Assembly (NCBI RefSeq): GCF_009834535.1
Contig: NC_045697.1
Location: 73,658,001-73,722,000, forward strand
Length of the DNA: 64,000 nt
From: Camelus ferus
Taxonomy: Eukaryota
Reading direction: 5' to 3'
Shown: in pieces, positions 13,739-26,725 of the stretch
Layout of the letters: every line of letters begins with the position of its first letter
How positions within the stretch are numbered: position 1 is the first letter of the stretch
The notes under the pieces: model-generated
Seen by the model: only the letters and a program-made list of their open reading frames with translations
Told to the model about the DNA's origin: nothing
The model's database searches: none
Program-made: the position numbers and the translations under genes

Positions 13739-15508
13739 GTGAGGGGAGAAATTCTCTCTCAGAAAGTATCATAAAAAAATTAGTAATTTCTCTACATCTT
13801 TCTCTCTGAAAAATACATATTGGTCCTTATGGTTTCTATGAACTCATTTTTTTCTGCTCTGGCAACACTTTAATCAAAATTATATCTGAATTAGCATCTT
13901 AGTAATGCGCACTTTTCCGATTCAGTTTGGAGTGGAGGAGTGTGGGTTGAGGTACTGGATAGGCAAGAGAACAAATCCAAGCTCCAATATTTACTGCAGA
14001 CCTTGGTCAAGATTCAACACCTTCAGTCTGTATTTTCATCCATAAGATCATAAGACACTTATCCTAAAATGGTCTGAATTTTATATCAATGCTCCATTGA
14101 AATTATCTTCATGAAGATCACCAAAACAATCTTAATTTTAAAATGTAATAAATATTTAGCTCTTATCTTATTTGACCTCTTTGCACTCTTTGACCCTTAA
14201 CAATTTCATAACTCTTCAGAGAAACTAAAGAAGGCAGTGCGATCTACCCTTTCTTGCCATTTTTCTTCCTTCCTCATGGTTCACTCTCACTCTCGTTTTG
14301 CAGACGATTCTCTCTACTGTTAAATGACCTCTGTGCTCTTCTCCCACTGAATTATCCTCATGACAAATTCTACCCACCACTGCTGCTTCCCACTCGCCTC
14401 ATCTCCAGACCTCTGTCCCAAGCTCTTAGCCCCCAGATCGCTCACTGCCTATCCGACAACTTCACTGCATTGTTCTGTGAGTATCATCCAAACCCCCACC
14501 CACCTCAACCCAAGATAGAAAGCTAGAATTCATCCCAGACCCTTTTCTCTCCCTTGTTATGCTCTCACATCCCCTCAGTCTACAAAAGCTTACTGATTCT
14601 TCTTTAAACTATATTATTTCTTCTTATTCACCCTGCCACTACCTTGGTGCAATGCTTTATGTTAGATCAGTGGCATAGCCTCTGCATTATTCATAGTAGT
14701 CTAAATGTTGTAATAAAGAACAGTCGTAAGAAATAATTTTTTTCTTGCTCATGTCACAATCCCGTGCAAATTTTGGGGTGAGATCTACTCCATGCAGGTA
14801 CCCAGGCTTTTTCCATCAAGTAGCCACACTCCCTCCCTGTGGCTCAGAGTCCTGGCAGAACTTATGAAGTCCCCTACCCTGGAGGGAGGCTGAGTTGATT
14901 AAACTTTAATTCTGCTCTCTGAGAATCATCTCCTTGACCCTTTCCTTGTTGGCCCTTAGCTCTTAGGAGTTCTTACTGTCTTGTCTATTTCTTCCCTTTG
15001 GATGCAGCTTGAAATGAGTGTTACCAAAAGTTTGAAAGCCAAAAAAGTGATTTACAGCTCAAACAATTTTTCAGTCTGATATTTTGCATTTTTTGACAAT
15101 ACAAATTCTTTAAAATCTTGGTAGGCTTCCATGGTGTTTGCTTCCATCTGTAATTCTCAGGTCTTTCTCTCCTCTTCCCTCTCCCCCCTCTCTCCTTAAC
15201 TGCAGCTACTCTGATTACAGTTTCTTATTGGAAGGCCACACCCTTGGTCTGATCTTTGCCATAGAACTAAATCATGTTTCCAGCTGAGAAGTTTTACTGG
15301 CCCTTTGTGGCTCCATTTGGGATAAGGAAGCAATTGGCTTTCCAACCGTTTTTCACTCCAAGTTTTCAGATTCCCTCTACCATTTCCTATTCAGCTTGAA
15401 AACTGGCCAGTTCCTCCTGCGCTCCTATCTTTCTTGACACACCTTAACAAAGGAAGCCACTAACAGCTACCACACTAACACTCTGGTCCTTTAAAACTCA
15501 TCCCCTCC

Positions 15509-16958
15509 AGCAGCAGTTTTCCAGAGTGGTCTGCACAACCCTGGACATCCCAAAGACTCTTTCAGTGAGTCTACAAGGTCAAAAACACTTTCATAATACT
15601 ACTGAGAGGTTGTTTTCCTTTTTCACTGTGTTGATGCTCACACTGATGCTACAAAAGCAATGATGAGGAAAGCTATTGATGCTCTGGCACAAATATGTCA
15701 TCAAACTGTTACCGATGTGTTGTTTGTATTGTATCATTGTTTAAGCATTGTATCATATCTTTTCCTATGTACTTACAGTTAATTTTTTAAACAGCTAGTT
15801 TCACTTAAAAATGCCTTTGATGAAAGAGTAAAAAGTATTCACTTTATTAAATCTCAATCCTGGAGAACAAGTCTTGAATATTCTGTGAGGCCAAAAGCAA
15901 AGAACACAAACAGCACTTCTGCTGCATACCTAAATCCAATGGTTGTCTTGAGGAACAGCAGTATGCGATTGTTTGAGTTGCAAACTGAACTCGTCTCTTT
16001 TTCGAGGAACGCCATTTTTACTTGAAAGAACAAGTGATAAACAAAATATGGTTATTCAGACGAGGGTATTTGGCAGTCATTTTCTTGAAAATAAATGAAG
16101 TGAGCCTGTCACTTGAAGGCAAACAACCTGACAGTATTTGTTGCCAATGATAAAACTTCAGCTTTCAAGTAAAAATTAGAATTTTGGAAAACTTGTCCCT
16201 ACCACCCTGAGCTTGACAGCTTCTGAATCCTTAAAGACTTTTCTGAAGACATCAGTAGTGATATTAACAAATGTGATTTTTAAAAATATTATATAATGAA
16301 GTGTGCCAATGGCATAACTCAACGAAACAATATTTTCTAAGTAACCAATGTAAGATATCACAAAATCATGCACAGGCAAATGATCCCTTTAAAGTACAAC
16401 TAAACCAGTGAATTTTAATGCAATAGTATGTGAAAAGTTCATTGATATGGTTTCAGATTCCAGCTTGCAGTCATCTTTTAAGAAATTATCACCTGTTGAA
16501 TTACTAGGTAGTATCCAAGAATAGCCACAATTATCTGAAAAGTCTATTAAAATACTCTTTCAAAAGGAGGTTGGTCTTCTAACATGAAATACCTCTACAT
16601 TTGTGTGAGATCAGATTTTCTTTACATACTTCAATGAAAACAACTTATCAAAACAGAGTGAATGAACAAATGAGAATCTAGCTAATCTTCTATTAAGCTA
16701 AATAGTACAGAGTTTTGCAAAAATAGGAAACAATGCCATTTTTCATTAAATTTTTTGAAAGTAGTTATAAAAATGTTGTGTATGTTAACATAATGAATTT
16801 ATGATTACTTTCAATTGATTAATATTTTTTGACTTCAGTCTTAATTTTAATATGGTAATTCATGCTAGATATAACCCAAAAGCAAAAGTTTTCGTGAGCC
16901 TCAATAGTTTTTAAATTGGGTAAAGGAGCCCCCGGAAGAAAACATTTGAGAATCTCTG
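15509..16958. mobile_element. hAT-Charlie1-like DNA transposon
   Basis: cag...ctg termini and internal sequence recognised as Charlie1-type (aaggtcaaaaacactttcataatacta; ttttacttgaaagaac; gtatttggcag). Confidence 0.75.
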
Positions 16959-16967
16959 TCCCAGAGA

Positions 16968-17182
16968 AGGGATCAGCAAACTATGGCTCACAGGTAAAAT
17001 CCAGCTGCTGGCCTATTCTGAGAATAAAGTTTTATTGGCACTCACCCGCACCCATGTGCTTATACACCGTCGTGGCTGCTTGCATGCTATAATGGCAGAA
17101 CTGAATACTTGTAACACAGAGAGTACTATTCCCCAAATTTTACTATTTAGCCCTTTACAGAAAAACACGGCTGATCTCTGTT
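16968..17182. mobile_element. MER58-like hAT MITE
   Basis: agggatcagcaaactatggc...aataaagttttattgg...ccctttacagaaaaa. Confidence 0.7.
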
Positions 17183-17384
17183 CTAGAGCTTTGGTTCTCA
17201 AGCCTCGCTACATGTCAGAATCACTCGGAAAAGTGTTCAAGTAATACCAATGCCCCTTTCCCTCCCCCAGCACACACACACAGAACAATTCAATCAGAAT
17301 CTCTGAGAGGTCCAAATGTGGATAGTTTTTTAAATCCTCCAAGTGACTCTAATATGTAGGCAAAGTTAAAATTTGCTGTCCTTT

Positions 17385-18177
17385 GTATGCATATATACTA
17401 CAGCTTCCTTATCCAGTCATCAGTCAGTGGACATCTAGGTTGCTTCCATGTCTTGGCTATTGTAAATAATGCTGCTATGAACATTGGGGTGCATGTATCT
17501 TTTCAAATTAGAGTTCCCTCCAGATATATGCCCAGGAGTGGGATTGGTGGATCATATGATAACTCTATTTTCAGTTTTTTTTTTATGGAATCTCCATACT
17601 GTTTTCCATAGTGGCTGCACCAAACCACATTCTCACCAACAGTGTAAGATGGTTTCCTTTTCTCCTCACCCTCTTCAGCCTTTATCATTTGTGGACTTTT
17701 TAATGAAATACTAATCAGCTATAAAGAATGAAATAATGGCATTTGCAGCAACGTGGATGGACCTAGAGATTATCATACTAAATCTAGTAAGTCAGACAAA
17801 GACAAATATATCATATGATATCACTTATATGTGGAATCTAAAAAAAATGGACAAATGATCTTATTTACAAAACAGGAACAGGCTCAATAAACACAGAGAA
17901 CAAACCTATGGTTACCAAAGGGGAAGCGGGGAGGTTGGTGAGAGATGAATTCGGAGTTTGGGATTAGCAGATAAAAACTTTTATATATAAAACAGATAAA
18001 CAAGTTCCTACTGTATAGCACATGGAACTATATTCAATATCTTTTAATAACCTATGATGAAAAAGAACATATACATGTGTAACTTAATCCCTATGCTGTA
18101 CACTAGAAACTAACAACATTGTATATCAACTATACTTCAATAAAAAAATTAAAAGGACAACCTGAAGAAAAAAAAGA
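17385..18177 (+). mobile_element. 5'-inverted (twin-primed) L1 3' fragment
   Basis: 17385-17705 is antisense L1 ORF2 end ([19 protein letters not shown] on - strand); 17702-18177 is the sense continuation with 3' UTR and A-tail. Confidence 0.8.
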
Positions 18178-18832
18178 ATGACTGTCCTAAAGCTGTAAGA
18201 TTTTTAGGCATACATCTTGCCTTGCAAGTTATTCCAGTCATCAGCTTATCCAAGGTTTTTCCCCTTCAGAACCTCTAATACTAGAGTCTTTGCTGCCCAA
18301 GCACTAAGTCAGTGTCACATTTATTGTTGCTGTTACAGCAACACCCCACTGCTAGGTACAAATTTCAGTATTAGTCAGGATAAGCTTCTGTTGCAAACAG
18401 TTCTCATGTCAGAGGCTAACACAACAAAGGTTTATTTATCATGCAAATCATGGTGCACTGTGCTTTGGTGGGGGGTCTCTGCTCCACAAAGGAATCCAGC
18501 TGCTTCTAGCTAGAGACCCTCCCATCCCTCTAGGCCTCAGAACACGGCTAGATCCCTCTTCATCCAGTCAACAGATGAGAGAAAAGAATGACCATGAAGG
18601 ATTGAGTAAGAGGTGGTCTATGAGTCAGGCCTGGAGAAGGTATACGTAACTCCCATTGGCCCGAACTTAGGCATATTGATCACAACTAAGTGCAAAGAAG
18701 GTGCAAATGGTAGCCTACCTTTCTACCAAAGAGGAGAAGTAAAATGGTTTAGTGAACCAGCTTTATCCCTGTCACAAACTCCTTCCTAACTAGTCTCCTA
18801 TATGGCGTCCTATGAACTACCGTCAGGCCCCT

Positions 18833-19334
18833 TGTGGCAGACGGAGCAACAGCCTTCCAGAGAGGTTCACATCCTATTCTTCAGAACCTGTGAATATGTT
18901 ACCTTAGCAAAAGGGACTTTTGCAACTGTGATTAAGGTTAAGGACCTTGATGTGGGGAGATTATCTTGGATTCTCCAAGTGGGCTCAATATTACATGAGC
19001 CCTTTAAAATGGAGAACGTTTCTGGACTACAGACAGAGAGATGTGAAGATGGATGAAGGGTCCAAGAGATGCAATATGGTTGAAGGAAGATGGAGGAAGG
19101 GAGCTGTGAGCCAAGAATGCCTTCCAAGTTACTCCTCCAGAAGCTGGAGAGAGCAAGGAAAGGGACTCTCCCCCAGAGCCTCCAGAAAGGAAGGCAGCCC
19201 TGCCAACACCTTGATTTTAGCCCAGTGAGGTCTGCATCAGACTTCTGACCCAAAGACCATAAAATAATAAGTTTGTGCAGTTTTTAGCCACTAAATTTGT
19301 GGTAATTTGTTACAGTAGCAACGGAAAATAAACA
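18833..19334 (+). mobile_element. MLT1D-like solo LTR
   Basis: tgtggcag...gaacctgtgaatatgttacc...gggactttgca...gtggtaatttgttacag. Confidence 0.8.
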
Positions 19335-20085
19335 CATCATCTTCTGTCCTGCTCTTACTGCCGTCAGTGATGGTCCCAAAATGTAAATCTTAATGGTTGC
19401 TCCTTTTTCTCAAAAGTCCTTAATGCCTCCACACTCATTCACTTAATAAATACACTTTACACAACTGCAGTGTGTTGGGCATTCTCTAGGTCAGCAGGAG
19501 GGCTGCGCAGGCTGAGGCAGAAGGGTTCCTGCTCCTAGGAAGCCTGGTGTCACAGGGACTGCAGAGCACAGCCTAAACCGCAACATGCCGTTCACTGCCT
19601 GCAGAGTCTAACTCTGAGCAACCTGCATGTCATCATCCCCCGCCACTTCTCTCCGCCAGAAAAAATCAAAAAATAGAAGCCTAAGAGTCCCAAAATAATG
19701 TAGTTATCAAACTTCTAAGACTCTATACTACTTCATGGCCTGTTTTAGGAACATCGTTGACCACGGTATGAAACTGTTCTGCCCTTCCCAATCTTTGTCC
19801 ATCTGGAAAACTCTCACTTCTCCTTCAAGGTGATCCAGATAATAAGGTCGCTCCTTCTAGACTCTCTCCTCTACTTTTACCTCAGAGTTCATACATCTGA
19901 TTTAGTAGTTATTCCACTGAATTGCAACTGCCTCTTTCCTGTCCTCATTATGGCTTTTAACAAATTCAAAGAGAAGTTGCTAGTGAATTTACTTCTAAAT
20001 AAAGGCTGACAGGTCTCATTCATTCATTCACTCTCTCAAAATAAGTTCTTCAAAACATGTACTTCACCAGAACTTAATTCTGCAG

Positions 20086-20303
20086 GAAGATCAACAGCAC
20101 CACAAAAACCTCAAAATAGGAAAAACAGACCAGCTTCTAAACTCCTTCTGCAGTATCTTTTCCAGCATAGATCTCCTATTCTTTTCAAAGAGCATACTTC
20201 CTAGTGAAACACAATATGGAGAGCAACTCTGGGAAGCCTGCATAATGACAATCAAACTGAATGTGGCTACTACAAAACTAGGATTCTGCATCTTCCTCCA
20301 TTA
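20086..20303 (+). pseudogene. Pseudo-exon (EDQQHHKNLKIGKTDQLLNSFCSIFSSIDLLFFSKSILPSETQYGEQLWEA...)
   Basis: ttctgcag acceptor; 72 stop-free codons; GTAAAT donor at phase 2, matching the next exon. Confidence 0.65.
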
Positions 20304-20785
20304 GTAAATTTCTGTGATTTACTAGACATGTGACGGTGTACAGTGCCCATAACTGCAACACATGTCAACTCATACCTGCCACACATAACGCACAGTGGAT
20401 TAAGTGTATATGAATCATTTCATTTGGATGGATTTATTTCATCTGCCTACAAAAACTGGAGGAAAAAGATCAGTCTTTTTATAAGCATTTCAAACATAGA
20501 ATGTTAATACTGTGAAACTATTTTGTCATAATTTACTGTTAAGTTTTTTTTCTTGAAAAAGAGAGACACTGGTCTGTTTCATGCATGACACATTTTCCTG
20601 GTACAGCCACGCACCCATGCAAGATTCACATTCTATTTAATTAAGTAGACAAGAATCTTCCCCATCAATTATTAAATTACCCTGCATCCATATAGTTTAT
20701 GTTCACCACAGCAAACAATATATTTTACTCAGTAATATGTCTGTAATATAAAATTGTGATCTGCTAAATAATTTACTGTTTACAG

Positions 20786-20906
20786 AGAATATTTTGATAA
20801 ATTATTGTCACATTGCAGAGCCATCCTGCAGAGGAAAATTTTAATACATTTTCAATCATTTCTTGAACAACTACTTTGCACCTACCGTGTAAAAAGTGTA
20901 GAGAAA
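20786..20906 (+). pseudogene. Pseudo-exon (EYFDKLLSHCRAILQRKILIHFQSFLEQLLCTYRVKSVEK)
   Basis: tgtttacag acceptor; phase 2>0; 40 stop-free codons; GTTAAG donor. Confidence 0.65.
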
Positions 20907-21499
20907 GTTAAGAAGTACCTGTAGAATAATTACCAGTTGGTGCATAGAGTAAAATATATTCTGACCACAGGCATATAATTTTCAACATACAAATCCTAGC
21001 TGTCAGGACATGAAGTTTTCCTGAACATTTCCACTTTTCTTTTATTAAGCACTCTCATCTAGCAGCCAGCAGACATTGGATTCCTACTGGCCCTGTGCTT
21101 TAGTTATCCTGCACACTGCATATTAATAGTAATTAGCTATTGTCCACATCCCCACCTCCCAACACATTAGCAGTTTTCCAGTGGGCATTGATTCTGTGCT
21201 ACAGGGTCTAACCTGCTAACCACAGTGGTACAGAGTAACCAGGGAATTATCCCCCTCGGAGGACGGGAGTTCTTTCTACTTCTAAGCCTATGATCATTAA
21301 AACCAACCAATACATTGTTAGACTTAACAAATCACAAGGGCTGTTGGAACCTGCAAATTGCAATGGTGGAGTCACAATTACCCAGCAATTAGGTTTACAG
21401 CTGTACTCACCCTTTCAATAATCAAGTCTACAAATGCACCCACGCTTCTTTTTGCTGAACTTGATCTGGAAGGTTTCTAAAGCTTTCATTTTTATGCAG

Positions 21500-21615
21500 G
21501 TTTCTAAAACCAAGGAAGCAACAGCATTCGAATGAAGTAATAATGACAAACCTTATGAAGCAAAAAGAACAATAATTTATTCACCTAACATAAACCTAAT
21601 TTGAAAAAAAATAGG
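21500..21615 (+). pseudogene. Pseudo-exon (VSKTKEATAFE*SNNDKPYEAKRTIIYSPNINLI*KKI)
   Basis: tttttatgcag acceptor; phase 0>2 links both neighbouring exons; GTATTG donor. Confidence 0.5.
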
Positions 21616-22504
21616 GTATTGCTAAGTTCTATTTCCAAACAGAATATGCTCTAAGCCATTATAAAACTTTGGCTGCCAGAAGAGTGTCTCGTTTAGTAAC
21701 AATGAACACGGAAACCTAATGTTTTAGGAATGATTTCAGCTATAGGTAACAAATAGTCTAGAGTAGCCAGTTTTGGGGGTTTGTTTTTGCTTTTTTTAAT
21801 TGAGGAGTATTTTTTTTTCCCAAAGTGAGAAATCCAGAGACACCAGTGTTGGACTAGTTCAGCAGATTAATGATGCCAAAGACCCTGTGATTTCCTTGAC
21901 CTTTCCCTCACAACTACAAAAAGGCTGCTAGAGCTTCAACAATTATATCCCCTTTCCACCAGGAAGAAGAAAGATGGGACAGTGAGAAGGGGTGGTGCCA
22001 ACATCTGAAAGTAAACATGTAACCAGGGAACACCCAGAACATGTTTCTCTTTGGCCAGAATTTTGTCCTAGAGTCACTGCTGGCCTAAAGGTGGTAAGAG
22101 AGAAGGGAGAGGCAAAGAGAAAGAAAGAAAAAAAAAAAAAGCACCTTCTGACATCCAGAAACTGTCCTAACACTCATAGCTGCACCTTAATATTGTTAAG
22201 AACTTAGTGTAGCACTCACAATATGCCTTGGTATTCTGTTGACCATAAAGAAGCTTCTAAATCACCATCAGCCACCATGATGAAGTAAAAAAAAAATAAG
22301 ACAGCTCCATGATATTCTCATTGTGAAAATCACAAAAATTCCAAGCATCTCCATACCCTGACTAATTTGGGGACCTGCTGCTCCTTTCCCAACTATAGCT
22401 TTAGCCTCACTTTATTTTGTCCACCATATACATAAGATTTTTAAAATATCTGATCATAGGTCATCCTCAGTTCCTGACAGCATGCAATCCAGAAGAAAGC
22501 CACT

Positions 22505-22975
22505 TTTTTTAACACCTATATTGTGGTATGATTCCTGTACAGCAAACTACATATATTTCAGATGTACAATTTGATGAATTTTGATAGATGTATACACCAA
22601 TAAAAACCATCAACACAATTAAGATAGCTAATATTTCCATCACTCCCCAAAAGGTGCAAATTTCAAATCCCAATTTGTCCCTTCCCACCCCCTTTATGCC
22701 CTGGTAACTGTAAATTTATTCTCTATGTTTGTGAGTCTGTTTCTGTTTTATAGATTAAAAAAAAAAAGGGATACAAATGAACTTAAGATTCCACGTATAA
22801 GCAATAATATGGTATTTTTCTTTCTCTTTCTGGCTTACTTCACTTAGAATGATGATCCATCTCCAGGTCCATCCATCTTGCTGCAATGGCATTATATCAT
22901 TCCTTTCTACGGTTAAGTAGTATTATATATACCACATCTTCTTCATCCAGTCATCTGTCTGATGGACATTTGGGC
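22505..22975 (-). mobile_element. L1 3' fragment (internally rearranged)
   Basis: Antisense L1 3' sequence; flanking duplicate aaagccacttttt at ~22496 and ~22976. Confidence 0.7.
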
Positions 22976-23667
22976 AAAGCCACTTTTTAAAACCCTCCCC
23001 AAAAGTCACCTAACATGGGTCCCAATCCTATGATAATCCTTTCAAACACCTTCTACTAAAATGCCCCACATTTCTCCTGGTGTGCGGGTTTCTTCCTTGT
23101 ATCCAGTAATAAATTCAGCTTGTTCATTTACAGGGTGTGTTCCTGATGGTCTTTGGCTGGAAGGCACTGGAGATTTCATTTAACTAAATACTTGCTACAA
23201 CTCTGTTCCATTCTAGTCTAATCAAAATGACACACCTTAACAGGTCATGCTTCAAAGTGTGCAACCAGAAAAGGAGCTAGGGCATATAATAAAGAATCAG
23301 AGGACAAGGGCTCCTGTCTGCTCTGTCCAATTAACTAGTTAAGTGACCCGAGGTAAGTCATTGAAGGATAGGAAAGGAACTGACCTCACAACAGTCTAAG
23401 TGAACCAGTTAACATTAACCATGTTTGAGACAGCAAAACTGAATCTTCAAAATTCTAAGTATATTTTCCTTCTCTTTATGTTTCATAAGTGGCAAAATCA
23501 GAATTTGAATCCAGGCATCTAATTCTAAAGTCTGAAAGTTCTCCATTATGCCAAGTTTTCATTTCTTCCTCTGTAAACTAACCAGGTCATAGGATTAGAA
23601 TTTCATTTATTTATGTTCTCATGTTGAATTCTTTCACTATTAGATGACAACAGTATTGGGTTGTATT

Positions 23668-23770
23668 TCTTTTTCTTTTCTTTTTTTTTTAATGGATATG
23701 CTGGGGATTGAACCCAAGACCCTGTGCATGTTAAGCACACACTCTACCACTGAGCTATTCCCACCCTCCC
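23668..23770 (-). mobile_element. tRNA-derived SINE (Vic-1-like, short form)
   Basis: Poly-T then ggggattgaaccc...ctctaccactgagcta. Confidence 0.8.
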
Positions 23771-24762
23771 AAGCCCACTACCCCACCTACCCTTGGGATT
23801 AGAATTTTAAAGGTCACCATGCCAGGACTCTGAATGACGAGTCACAGTATCCACATTTACTCTTTTTCAATCCCACCCGATCTGTAGATGAAAGTGCAGG
23901 AACACTGTGAAGTGGGGTATGTTTATGGAGGTCTCAAATTTGACCAAGCCTTTTTTTAAACAGCATCAATCATGAATCTGAGTCACCATTCGAACTTCCA
24001 AGTCAAATTAATGTTCAGTTTCTTGTAATTTAAAACATGACTACTTCACTTAAGAAATTGTGTGATGTCCGGTACAAAGTGGTGCTAAATGAAGTCTTGA
24101 CAATATATGTAGAGAAGCAAGTAAGCATATTCCTTTTTTCTATTCAGCATTGACCATTAACACTTTAACATTTGCATATTCAAGTGGGAAAGCTTCACAA
24201 GCTAGAAATAGACAAATATTAGGAAATATAATCACACAAAGTAATTAAATAAGGGCAAATGTAAAATCATGTGCATTTTAGTCTTACCAATTTAGGAAAG
24301 TTTTTTGAGAAATACTCAGCAGTGTTGAGGACCTAGGGAAATGTGCACTGTAGGTCTAGAAGAAGAAATGTTATTTTGTAACTTTCTTCTGGAGGGCAAT
24401 ATGTAATTTATACCAAACACTTCTAATATTTTTGCATATTGCCTTTGACCCATAATTTCCTTCTAAACAAAACCACAGACGTGTGTAAAGAATTAGCCAC
24501 AAAAATGTTTGTAGAAATACTACTTATAATTGATGAATCTTAGTAAAAAGCTAAAAGGTTAATGATAGATTGGTTAAATAAATTGTGATTTATTCACACA
24601 GTGGAAGTCTGTGGATATTAAAAAAGGAAATGAAAAAAACATTAATATGGGCAAATGTTTAAAATACATTGCTAGGTTGAAAATGTAAATTTTTCAATGT
24701 GCAATACAAATTTTTCAATATGTGATTGTGTTTTTGCTTTAAACATATGTATATATAGGTAT

Positions 24763-25108
24763 TGTTATGGATGGAGTATGTGCGTGCACACCACAAAATT
24801 CACTTGTTGAAATCTAACCCCCAAGGTGAAGGTATCTGGGAGGTAATTAGATCATGAGGGTGGGGTCTTCATGAACGGGATTAATGCCGCTATAAGAGGC
24901 CAGAGACTTGGTTTCCTCTCTTTCCACCATGTAAACATTAGCAACAAGTCAGTCTGTAACCGGGAGGAAAGAGGGCCCACACCAGAACCCAGCCATGCTG
25001 GCATCCTGGTCTCCAATTTCCAGCCTCCAAAACTGTGAAAAATAAGCTTCTGTTGTTTATAAGCCACCTGATTAATGGCACTTTGTCAAAGTGGCCCAAA
25101 CTAAGGTA
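24763..25108 (+). mobile_element. MLT1A/B-like solo LTR
   Basis: tgttatgga...gttgaaatctaacccc...ccagcctccaaaactgtgaaaaataa...tttataagccacc. Confidence 0.75.
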
Positions 25109-25930
25109 TAAATACATTTTTAAAGACTCAAATATATCCAGTAATTATTTTTGACTGATGGGTAGTTTTCTTTTTATTTATCTACACTTTCTAGGTTTTC
25201 TATCAGGAACATCTATATTTTTATGCTAATTTAAAATGTATTGTAAAAAGCTCACACTGACGAAAGAATACATTTTTTAGAAAAATGAAACCTCAGCATT
25301 TTCAAAGCTTTCCACTGAAATGTTCACTTTGTGATACACCAATTTTTAAAAGTATTATATTTATGTAGTAATCCTTTTAGAGCAACCTAAATTCTATTAA
25401 CCCAATTTTTCTTTCAAAATAATATCATTATTCCTTAAAAAATAAATGAAACAAAAGAAATTAAAAACTAAAATATCTTAAGTCAAGTTTGGAAACAAAT
25501 ACTAATATGTAAGCCAATAAAAATACCCCACTCAGTATTTCAACTGCTAAATTCAACTATTAAACAACAACAAAAAAAAAACTAGATAAAAGACAAGCCC
25601 TCCCTACGCCATGAAGTAGCGCACAGATGCCAAGTCAAGGGCCATCTCTGCTCTGAGAACCACAAATACCCTTTCCTTAAGAGATTTGTTTTTCAAATAA
25701 TTGTTTCAAATTCTCCGCTTTCACACTTGGAAGTCCAGCTCAAACAGAATACTATATGTACAAACAAACTTCAAATATTAAAAAGCAAAATTATTAAACT
25801 AAGTGTTATTTATCTTGTAAAACTCTCCATTGTGGTATTATTTATATGGATTTCTAAGAATTATAAAAGCAATTTGTTTACTTAGAATACTTGCTTTTAA
25901 CATGTTGCATTTCTATTTTATTTTTTAAAG

Positions 25931-26101
25931 CCAATGCAATGTTGCAGACCAACAATTGTGCAGTGATATTTGGAGAGAGATGGTATCACAGGGGGAGCTT
26001 GTTTCAGTTCTTCTTTTTCCTTTGGGCATTTTTTTTTAAACAGGAAGAACTTATAAATATCATCAAAAAAGTGTGTGCCTTATTTAACTAATACCTTAAT
26101 G
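25931..26101 (+). pseudogene. Pseudo-exon(s) (QCNVADQQLCSDIWREM / EELINIIKKVCALFN*YLN)
   Basis: ttttttaaag acceptor, phase 2; either one exon or two split by a 61-nt intron (25983-26043); ends phase 1 at GTATAA. Confidence 0.6.
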
Positions 26102-26299
26102 GTATAAATTTAAATCCTGCTGAAATGAGAAGTTGCAGAATTAATTTGCCCATTAACACAGCGACCTTGTATTGGCTGTCTATTGTTATTTAGGTCCTTA
26201 ATACACATTAGTGTATTCCATCCTCACAACCACCCTGCAAAGCTGATATGATTATTCCCCACCTTACAGATGAAGAAATTCAACAGTTTATTCTTTCAG

Positions 26300-26388
26300 A
26301 CTCATGATTTTGAGAAACCTTTAATGATTTGGGAAATATCCACAACATAAAGTTTTGCATATGACCAATGAGTTTGAATATATAATTG
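26300..26388 (+). pseudogene. Pseudo-exon (DS*F*ETFNDL/GKYPQHKVLHMTNEFEYII)
   Basis: ttctttcag acceptor; phase 1>1 with one frameshift; GTATCA donor. Confidence 0.55.
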
Positions 26389-26586
26389 GTATCATCTTTT
26401 CCTCAGCTTGGGATACAATGTGACTCTGCAGTAAAATTTCAAAGGACACTTCCAAGTCTCCCAGCCCATTTTTTAATTCTTCTCCCTGGAATGTCCCTTT
26501 TTTCCCACGGTGCTTACTCTGCCCGAAGATCAAACTTACTTACTCTCGTCTTGCCCCTAGATCTAAAACAGATTGTTTCTTCTTAG

Positions 26587-26725
26587 GTTGGAGGTCCCTC
26601 TAATGGCTCTCTCGATGTTGGTTGTTCCAGAATCCGCTTTATGTTGTTGTTCTGTCTTCAATGATGGAGACTTTGTAGCCATGCCTGAAGCCTCCTGCAT
26701 GGACCATACACTGGATGTCCCTGGG
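26587..26725 (+). pseudogene. Pseudo-exon (GWRSL*WLSRCWLFQNPLYVVVL...PAWTIHWMSLG)
   Basis: tttcttcttag acceptor; GTAAGG donor; 139 nt, phase 1>2 with no net indel. Confidence 0.7.

Larger units (their letters stand above)
14665..18775 (-). mobile_element. Old MaLR (MLT1) element, LTR-int-LTR, interrupted by nested insertions
   Basis: MaLR int/LTR junction motif ccccactgctaggtacaaatttcagtattagtc at ~18343-18377; similar LTR-like sequence at ~14665-14880 and 18367-18775. Confidence 0.5.
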
